The position numbers were made by a program, and so were the translations under genes. Of a stretch of DNA of 19,527 nucleotides, positions 8,730 to 15,815 are shown piece by piece. Under the pieces are notes generated by a model. The model was given only the letters and a program-made list of their open reading frames with translations, did not search any database and had not been told where the DNA came from. The stretch comes from Candidatus Eiseniibacteriota bacterium (GTDB taxonomy: Bacteria; Eisenbacteria; RBG-16-71-46), in assembly GCA_044222065.1 (NCBI GenBank), contig JBGAOA010000032.1:1-19527 (forward strand), in the 5' to 3' direction. Numbering within the stretch: position 1 is the first letter of the stretch; every line of letters begins with the position of its first letter.

Positions 8730-8854
8730 AACTCCCCGTGAGCGAAGGGGCCCGTCGGGCTCACGGTGCTGGACGGAGCATCCGCACCCTTCGGGTTCCC
8801 TTCGCGAGAACACCGTGCGATGGGCGGCTCATTCGAGTGGCGAAGGAGCGAACG

Positions 8855-8944
8855 ATGAAGCGGTGGATCGGAGCGGTCGCGGCGCTGGGGCCGGGCGCGG
8901 CGTGCGGACAGGCGGCGCTCGCGCTCACGGGAGCGCCGTCGTGA
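8855..8944 (+). CDS. Putative 29-aa upstream peptide translationally coupled to the TolC gene
   Basis: GAAGGAG SD before ATG 8855. Sequence MKRWIGAVAALGPGAACGQAALALTGAPS. TGA overlaps the TolC GTG (GTGA 8941-8944). Confidence 0.5.
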   Translation: MKRWIGAVAALGPGAACGQAALALTGAPS

Positions 8945-10293
8945 GCCGGCCCTCGCGGCGCCGGGTCGCTCGCGCCGCGTGGGCGGCGCTCGTCGGCCTC
9001 GCGCTGATCGCGGCGGTCGCATTCGGGCTCGTCGCGATCGCGCACGCGGCCGAGCCGCGCGCGCTCGCGCTCGAGGAGGCGCTGCGGCTCGCGCGCGCGA
9101 ACGCGCCGGCCATCGTCCAGTCCGAGGGCGCGCTGCGCACGAGCCGGGCCTCGGAGCGTGCGGCCCTAGGCGCGTTCCTGCCGAGCGTGTCGCTGTCCGC
9201 GAGCACGTCGCGCCAGATGCCGGCGCGCGCGGGCACGCGTATCGAGAACGGCACGATCGTCACGCTGCCGAGCACGCCGTGGTCGTACGGCGCGAGCCTC
9301 GGCGGCTCGGTCGAGCTGTTCTCGGGCGGGCAGCGATTGTTCGCCCTGAGCGAGGCGCGCGCGGGCGTGGCCGAGGCCGAGGCGAACGACGTGTCGCGCC
9401 GGTTCGACACCGACCTCGCCGTGAAGCAGGCGTTCTTCGACGTGCTCGCCGCGCGCGAGTCCGAGGTCGCGGCACTCGCGCAGGTGAAGCAGACCGAACA
9501 ACAGCTCCGCACGACGATCGCGAAGCTGCGCTCGTCGCAGGCCACGCGCAGCGACACGCTGCGCTCGAGCATCCAGCTCGCGAACGCGACGCTCGCGCTC
9601 GAACGGGCGCGCGTGTCGCTCGCGACCGCGAACGCGACGCTCGGCCGCGTCGTCGGCCTGTCCGAGCCCGTGACGGCGGCGGACGCCGCGCCCGAGCCGG
9701 GATCGCTCGCGCTCGACGACGCGGCGCTCGCCGCACTCGCCGACGAGGCGCCGTCCGTGCGCGCGGCCGAAGCCGCGTGGCGCGGCGCGAAGGCGGCGCG
9801 CGCCTCGGCGTGGGCCGAGTACCTGCCGAGCCTCGGCGCGTCGTACTCGCGCTCGGCGAGCGGCAGCGGCACGGACGCGCTGTTCACGGGCGACGACCTC
9901 GGCTACCAGGGTTCGCTGCGCCTGTCGCTGTCGCTGCCGGTCTTCGACCAGTTCGGGCGCGAGCAGCGCAACTCGCAGCGCGCGGTCGCTCTCGAGAGCG
10001 CCGCGGCGGCGCTGCGCGATGCGCGGCTCGCCGCAAGGCAGTCGCTCACGCGCGACCTCGGCGCGTGGCGCGTCGCGCAGCTCGGCGTCGAGGCGCAGAC
10101 CGCCTCCGTCGCCGCGGCCGAAGAGGACCTGCGCGTGCAGCAGCAGCGCTATTCGGTGGGCGAGAGCACGCTGCTCGACGTGCTCACGTCCCAGACCCAA
10201 CTGAACGACGCGCGCGCGGCGCTGATCCGCGCGCGCTACGACCAGCGCGTCGCGCGCGCGCAGCTCGAAGCCCTCGTGGGGCGCGGGCTGTGA
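8941..10293 (+). CDS. TolC-family outer membrane efflux protein
   Basis: Signal peptide ending AHA, then LALEEALRLAR..NAP. Two OEP repeats (AFLPSVSLS..VELFSGG; EYLPSLGAS..LSLPVFD), VKQAFFDVL, RYSVGESTLLDVL, C-terminal QLEALVG. 450 aa; start codon inferred. Confidence 0.9.
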   Translation: MSRPSRRRVARAAWAALVGLALIAAVAFGLVAIAHAAEPRALALEEALRLARANAPAIVQSEGALRTSRASERAALGAFLPSVSLSASTSRQMPARAGTRIENGTIVTLPSTPWSYGASLGGSVELFSGGQRLFALSEARAGVAEAEANDVSRRFDTDLAVKQAFFDVLAARESEVAALAQVKQTEQQLRTTIAKLRSSQATRSDTLRSSIQLANATLALERARVSLATANATLGRVVGLSEPVTAADAAPEPGSLALDDAALAALADEAPSVRAAEAAWRGAKAARASAWAEYLPSLGASYSRSASGSGTDALFTGDDLGYQGSLRLSLSLPVFDQFGREQRNSQRAVALESAAAALRDARLAARQSLTRDLGAWRVAQLGVEAQTASVAAAEEDLRVQQQRYSVGESTLLDVLTSQTQLNDARAALIRARYDQRVARAQLEALVGRGL

Positions 10294-10322
10294 GCGCGGG
10301 CGCTGACCGAAGGAGGCCCGAC

Positions 10323-11849
10323 GTGGGACGGGGCTCGAGGTTCGGAAGCGGAGCGGCGCGCGCGGCGGCCGCCGGCGTCGCGATCGTCGCGGCGGCGCTC
10401 GCCGCCTCGTGCGCGAAGCGCGACGCGGCGACGCGCGCGGCGGTCTCGACCGAGGCCGTCGAGCGGCGCGACATCGCGGTGACGGTCGAGGCGACGGGCA
10501 CCGTCGAGCCCGTGAACCTGGTCGAGGTGAAGTCGAAGGCGTCGGGGCAGATCACGCGCATGCCGGTCGAGATCGGCTCGGTCGTGCGAGCCGGCGACCT
10601 GCTCGCGCAGATCGATCCGCGCGACGTCCAGAACGCGTTCGACCAGTCGCAAGCGGCGCTCGTGTCGGCGGAGGCGAAGGCGCGCGTGTCGCGCGACCAG
10701 AAGAAGCGCGCGGACGAGCTGTTCGCGCAGCAGGTCATCACGGCGACCGAGCACGAGCAGGCGGAACTCGACGACGCGAGCGCGCAGGCCGCGCTCGTCG
10801 GGGCGCGCACGAACCTGGACCTCGCGAAGCAGCGGCTCGAGGACGCGACGGTGCGCGCACCGATCGCGGGCACCGTGCTCGCGAAGCCGGTCTCGGTCGG
10901 GCAGGTGATCTCGTCGGCGACGTCGTCCGTGAGCGGCGGCACGACGCTGCTGCAGATGGCGGACCTGCAGCGCATCCGCATGCGCGCGATGGTCGTCGAG
11001 ACCGACATCGGCAAGGTGCACGAGGGCCAGGCCGTGACGGTCGTCGTGGACGCCTATCCGTCGCGCACGTTCGACGGCACGGTCGAGAAGATCGAGCCGC
11101 AGGCGGTCGTGAGCCAGTCGGTGACGCAGTTCCCCGTGCTCGTCTCGATCTCGAACGAGGCCGGCCTGCTGCTGCCCGGCATGAACGGCGAGGTCACGAT
11201 GCGCGTGGACGAACGCGCGAACGTGCTCGCGGTGCCGATCGACGGCCTGCGGAACGCGCGCGAGATCGTGGCGCTCGCGAAGCAGCTCGGCGTGAACGCG
11301 GATTCGATCGCGAACACGCGGCGCGCGGGGGGCGGCGGGAACGCGGACGTCGCGGCGGCCGGACTTCCCGGCGCGCCGTCCGGTTCGGGCGCCGCCGCGG
11401 GGGGCGGCGCCGCGCGCGACACGGTTCGCGGCGCAAGGGCGCGCGGTGAGGCGGGACGCGACGGCGCGCGCTTCACGCCCGAGCAGCGCGCGCGCTTCCA
11501 GGCGCGCCGCGCCGCGCGCGGGGGCGCCGCGGGCGGCGGCGCGTCCGGCGGAGCGGCGAGCGGCGCGTTCGCGGGCGCGGGCGGCGGTGCGTTCGAACGC
11601 GCGCGCACGCAGGTCGCGCTCCTCAAGACCGCGTCCGGCTACGAGGCGCGACGCGTGCGCGTCGGGCTCACGAACTACGACTACGCCGAAGTGCTCGACG
11701 GGCTCGCGGAAGGCGACGAGGTCGTCATGCTCGGCACGCTCGAGATGCAGCAGGAGCGGCAGGACCTGACGAACCGCGTGCGCCAGCGCATGGGCGGCGG
11801 CATCACGGGCAGCTCGGGCGCGTCCGGCGGCGCGCGCGGCGGGAGGTAG
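10323..11849 (+). CDS. Efflux periplasmic adaptor / membrane fusion protein (MacA-like), probable lipoprotein
   Basis: AGGAGG at 10311-10316 before GTG 10323 (alternative coupled GTG at 10290). Lipobox-like LAASC. Motifs VEATGTVEP, VKSKASGQI, GDLLAQID, VRAPIAGTV, VETDIGKV, VDAYP, LLPGM, EVLDGLAEGDEV. Confidence 0.92.
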   Translation: MGRGSRFGSGAARAAAAGVAIVAAALAASCAKRDAATRAAVSTEAVERRDIAVTVEATGTVEPVNLVEVKSKASGQITRMPVEIGSVVRAGDLLAQIDPRDVQNAFDQSQAALVSAEAKARVSRDQKKRADELFAQQVITATEHEQAELDDASAQAALVGARTNLDLAKQRLEDATVRAPIAGTVLAKPVSVGQVISSATSSVSGGTTLLQMADLQRIRMRAMVVETDIGKVHEGQAVTVVVDAYPSRTFDGTVEKIEPQAVVSQSVTQFPVLVSISNEAGLLLPGMNGEVTMRVDERANVLAVPIDGLRNAREIVALAKQLGVNADSIANTRRAGGGGNADVAAAGLPGAPSGSGAAAGGGAARDTVRGARARGEAGRDGARFTPEQRARFQARRAARGGAAGGGASGGAASGAFAGAGGGAFERARTQVALLKTASGYEARRVRVGLTNYDYAEVLDGLAEGDEVVMLGTLEMQQERQDLTNRVRQRMGGGITGSSGASGGARGGR

Positions 11850-11851
11850 CG

Positions 11852-13075
11852 ATGGACCTTCGCGAGACCCTGCACGTCGCGCTCGAGGCGCTGCTCGCGA
11901 ACAAGATGCGCTCGTTCCTCACGATGCTCGGCATCGTGATCGGCATCGCCGCGGTGATCGCGATGGTCGCGCTCGGGCAGGGCGCGCGGAATTCGGTCAA
12001 CGCCCGCATCGCGGCGCTCGGCACGACGCTGATCAGCGTCAACCCCGGCCAGATGCGGGGCCCGGGCGGCGTCGCGGCGTCGGCCGACCGAGCGAAGCTC
12101 GTCCTCGACGACGCGGCGGCGGTCGAGGCCGGCGCGATCGCGATCACGGCGGTCGAGCCCGAGATGCAGCGCTCGATGCAGGTGCAGTACGAGAGCGCGA
12201 ACACGAACACGTCGGTCATCGGGACGACGTCGAACTACCTGGACGTCCGCCGCTACGCGCTCGCGGCCGGCCGCATGTTCTCGAGCGGCGACGACGGCGC
12301 GCGCAAGCGCTACGTGGTCGTGGGCTCGCAGGTGCTCGCCGATCTCGGCCTCACGTCCCCCGACGCGCTCGTCGGCGAGGCGGTGCGCATCGGCAGCGTG
12401 CAGTTCGAGGTCGTCGGCGTGCTGAAGCCGAAGGGGCAGGGGATGGGCTTCGGCGACCCGGACGACCAGGTGCTGATCCCGATCCAGACCGCGCGCTACC
12501 GCCTGTTCGGCACGGACAACCTGCGCGCGCTGAACGTGCTCGCGCGCAGCGAAGCCGACATCTCGCTCGCGATGGCCGAGGTGAAGCGCATCCTGCGCCG
12601 CGAGCACCGGATCGCCGCGGGGCGCGAGGACGACTTCTCGATCCGCAACCAGGCCGACTTCCTCAACACGATGAACGAGACGACGCAGGTGTTCACGCTG
12701 CTGCTCGCGGGCATCGCGCTCGTGAGCCTCGTCGTCGGCGGCATCGGCATCATGAACATCATGCTCGTCTCGGTGACGGAGCGGACGCGCGAGATCGGCG
12801 TGCGCATGGCGATCGGCGCGACGCGCGCGAACATCCTGTCGCAGTTCCTGATCGAGGCGCTCGTGCTGTGCCTCGTCGGCGGGCTCATCGGCGTGACGCT
12901 CGGCACCGGCGTCGCGCTCGCGCTCAAGTTCGCGTTCCAGTGGAACACGCAGGTCGGCGCGACATCGGTGCTCATCGCGATCGGCTTCGCGTTCGCGGTC
13001 GGCATCGGGTTCGGCGTGTGGCCCGCCCGGCGCGCGGCCGCCCTCGATCCGATCGAGGCGCTGCGCTACGAGTAG
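11852..13075 (+). CDS. MacB/FtsX-family ABC transporter permease (no fused ATPase domain)
   Basis: GGAGG SD. Motifs NKMRSFLTMLGIVIGIAAVIAM, periplasmic domain, GGIGIMNIMLVSVTERTREIGVRMAIGA, QFLIEA, PARRAAALDPIEALRYE. 407 aa with no Walker motifs. Confidence 0.95.
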   Translation: MDLRETLHVALEALLANKMRSFLTMLGIVIGIAAVIAMVALGQGARNSVNARIAALGTTLISVNPGQMRGPGGVAASADRAKLVLDDAAAVEAGAIAITAVEPEMQRSMQVQYESANTNTSVIGTTSNYLDVRRYALAAGRMFSSGDDGARKRYVVVGSQVLADLGLTSPDALVGEAVRIGSVQFEVVGVLKPKGQGMGFGDPDDQVLIPIQTARYRLFGTDNLRALNVLARSEADISLAMAEVKRILRREHRIAAGREDDFSIRNQADFLNTMNETTQVFTLLLAGIALVSLVVGGIGIMNIMLVSVTERTREIGVRMAIGATRANILSQFLIEALVLCLVGGLIGVTLGTGVALALKFAFQWNTQVGATSVLIAIGFAFAVGIGFGVWPARRAAALDPIEALRYE

Positions 13076-13376
13076 CAGGGGCGCCCGGATCGCGGCTCCC
13101 GACGTGGCTGTTCAGCCCTGCTAATCGAGTCGCCGCCCGCGGCCGAAGGTCGCCGTGACGTCGCCAGAAATGACTTTCCGCGCCACGGTTCGCGATCTAA
13201 CGTCGCTCCCGTGCGCACGAGCCCTCGCTCGCCGTGCGTGCGTCGGGCCGCTCGGTGGGGGCGGCGCGCCGCGCACCGCGCCGCCGCTCTCCCGAAACCA
13301 CGCAGTCACGACACTTCGACCACCGCGCAACGTGGTGGCGGCTCCGCACCCTCGCGGAGGCTTCAGGGAGGCGAGC

Positions 13377-15746
13377 ATGGTCACGCGGCTCACCGTGATG
13401 GCGATCGCGCTGTGCGCGATCGCGACGTCGGCGTTTGCCGCCGGCGAGAGCTGGCGCTACTACCGCGTCGGGAACACCGGAATCCAGGGCGACTACTGCG
13501 ACGCGCTGTGGATCGGTCCCGACGGCGACCCGTGGATCGGCGGCTACGACCCGTCGTTCGAGGAAGGCGGGATCGCGAAATTCGTCCAGTCCGAGGACCG
13601 CTGGATCAACGTGTCGAACGTCGACCATCCGGTGATCGGGCACCCGCAGTTCACCGGCACGACGCGCGTCGCGGACATCGTCGCGGACGACCAGGGCACG
13701 TTGTGGATGGGCACCGGCACCGGCGCGCTCAAGTACTCGCCCGCGACCGGTCCCGCGTCGCTCGTGCGCTACACGAGCGCGAACTCGACGCTGCCGGGTG
13801 GCTGGACCACCGGAGTGGAGCGGGCTCCCGACGGCACGCTGTGGTTCTCGGCCTACGGGACGGTGTGGGGCGGCCCCGGACTCGCGCGCTACAACCCCGC
13901 GACGAACGCGTGGTCGAGCTTCGGGAACTACGGCGAGGGTTCGCTCGCCGTGCAGCCGAAGGCCACGAGCGGGTTCTACGTGTGGACGAAGAACCGGCTG
14001 AACGGCAAGGCCGCGCGCTGGGACAGCGGCACGCAGACCTGGACCGAATTCAACGCGGTGACCGACGCGCCGTGGACGCTGCCGGGCAAGGCCTGCACCG
14101 ACGCGTCGGGGAACACGTGGATGTACCGGCTGACGGGCGCTTCCTACGCGCTCACGCGGCTCGACTGCCGTCGTCCCGACGGCACGTGGATCGGAGTGCC
14201 GCTGCCCACGCTGCCCGCGGTGAATCCGCCGGTGTGGGCGTTCCGCGCGTTCGGAAACCTGCAGGCGCTGCTCGTGGATGGCAACAGCGTCACGTGGCGG
14301 TTCAACGGCACATCGTGGACGAACCTCGGGCAATGGCGTTCCGGCGCCTACACCGAGGACGTGGCCGAGGACGCCGCGGGCAACGTGTGGGTGTGCGGCA
14401 CCGGCGGCGCCGCGAAGCGCGTCGCATCGAGCGGCGTCTGGCAGCGGTACCGCATCACGAACACCGGCCAGTTCGACGACTTCACGCAGGACCTCGCGCT
14501 CGACGCCGCCACGAACGACGTGTACGTCGGCGCCAACGCGGGCCCGGGCGTCGGCGGCATGACGCGCTTCGACGGCGCGCGCTGGACGGGGTGGAACAAC
14601 TCGACCTACGGACTCGGCCACGACTGGCCGTTCCCGAACGACAACTGCCAGACGCTGGCCTACCGGCCGTCGAACGGCCGGATCGTCGTCAATCCGTACT
14701 GGTCCTACGGCATCCACGAGTGGGACGGCGCGTCGTTCGGCGCGCTGCCGCCGCTCACCGGCGCGCAGCGGATGAGCGAGGACTCGATGGGCCGCCTGTG
14801 GGCGATCGGCGAGTACTACAGCCTGCAATACCACGACGGCACGTGGCACTCGGTCCCGATCGCGGGCTGGGGCGCCTCGGTGCGCCCCGACCCTTCGCGC
14901 GCCGGCACGGTGTGGGCCTCCACGGGCTACGAGGTCGTGCGCACGGACGGCACGTACCGCTTCGCGCGCGACGTGAGCCACTTCCCCGAACTCACGACGC
15001 AGAGCGACCAGCTCACGGGCGTCGTGGCCGAGCCGAGCGGCATCGCGTGGATCGGCTGCACCGTGATGTACGGCGCCGGCGGCACGGGCGGCGGGCTCAT
15101 CCGGCTCGATCCCGCGAGCGGGCAGTACACGATGATGCGTTACGACCAGGGCTGGCCGTTCCCGGGCAAGTTCGTCGTGCCGCTCGCCGTCACGCCCGAC
15201 GGCCGGCTGTGGCTGCAGTACGACACGCCGTATCCGTACACCGAGCGCGGGCTGTGCTGGTACGACGGCACGAACGTCGGCGCGTTCCCGGCGCCCGTGG
15301 ACGGCGGCCCGCAGTGGGGCGGCCTGCCGCACGCGCAGATCGCCGACGTCGAGCTGCGCGTCCTGCCGCAGAGCTACGAGTTGTGGATGGCGTGCGTGAG
15401 CCGCGGCGTCGCGGTGCTGAGCGTGCCGTTCGACGGCTCGGTCGCCGTGGACGACGCGGGCGAACGCGCGGCGCTCGAACTCGCGCAGAACGTGCCGAAT
15501 CCGCTCCGGGCCTCGACGCGCATCGCGTTCACGCTGCCGCGCGCCGGCCACGCGCGGCTCGGCGTGTACGACGTCGCGGGCCGCCTCGTGCGCACGCTCG
15601 CGGACCGCGAGTACGAAGCGGGACCGCACGCGCTCGAATGGGACGCGCGCGATGCGGCGAATCGTCCGGCGCCGAGCGGCGTGTACTTCTACCGGCTCGA
15701 GCGCGCGGGCGAGACGCTCGAGCGCAAGCTCGTCGTGCTGGACTAG
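13377..15746 (+). CDS. Secreted multi-beta-propeller protein (Reg_prop-like blades) with C-terminal FlgD-Ig/T9SS-like domain
   Basis: GGAGG before ATG 13377. Signal peptide ending AFA. Repeated blades (GPDGDPWIGG, DDQGTLWMGT, YTSANSTLP..APDGTLWFS, DAAGNVWVCG, TPDGRLWL). C-terminal LAQNVPNP..TRIAFTLP..LGVYDVAGRLVRTL..WDARD..SGVYFYRL..RKLVVLD. 789 aa. Confidence 0.85.
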   Translation: MVTRLTVMAIALCAIATSAFAAGESWRYYRVGNTGIQGDYCDALWIGPDGDPWIGGYDPSFEEGGIAKFVQSEDRWINVSNVDHPVIGHPQFTGTTRVADIVADDQGTLWMGTGTGALKYSPATGPASLVRYTSANSTLPGGWTTGVERAPDGTLWFSAYGTVWGGPGLARYNPATNAWSSFGNYGEGSLAVQPKATSGFYVWTKNRLNGKAARWDSGTQTWTEFNAVTDAPWTLPGKACTDASGNTWMYRLTGASYALTRLDCRRPDGTWIGVPLPTLPAVNPPVWAFRAFGNLQALLVDGNSVTWRFNGTSWTNLGQWRSGAYTEDVAEDAAGNVWVCGTGGAAKRVASSGVWQRYRITNTGQFDDFTQDLALDAATNDVYVGANAGPGVGGMTRFDGARWTGWNNSTYGLGHDWPFPNDNCQTLAYRPSNGRIVVNPYWSYGIHEWDGASFGALPPLTGAQRMSEDSMGRLWAIGEYYSLQYHDGTWHSVPIAGWGASVRPDPSRAGTVWASTGYEVVRTDGTYRFARDVSHFPELTTQSDQLTGVVAEPSGIAWIGCTVMYGAGGTGGGLIRLDPASGQYTMMRYDQGWPFPGKFVVPLAVTPDGRLWLQYDTPYPYTERGLCWYDGTNVGAFPAPVDGGPQWGGLPHAQIADVELRVLPQSYELWMACVSRGVAVLSVPFDGSVAVDDAGERAALELAQNVPNPLRASTRIAFTLPRAGHARLGVYDVAGRLVRTLADREYEAGPHALEWDARDAANRPAPSGVYFYRLERAGETLERKLVVLD

Positions 15747-15761
15747 CGAACGTCGGACGCA

Positions 15762-15796
15762 CGACGGCCGCGCGGGTCTCCCCGTCGCGGCCGTCG
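15762..15796. terminator. GC-rich hairpin between convergent genes (candidate bidirectional terminator)
   Basis: CGACGGCCGCG-CGGG (15762-15776), loop TCTC, then CCCG-T-CGCGGCCGTCG (15781-15796): 15-bp stem with one bulge. No U-tract on either strand. Confidence 0.55.
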
Positions 15797-15815
15797 CGCT
15801 TCCCGAGCGGTTCGC

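Noticed and set aside
13105..13125. Possible sigma-54 promoter TGGCTGTTCAGCCCTGCTA
   Set aside because: GG-to-GC spacing is 2 nt longer than the strict -24/-12 requirement.
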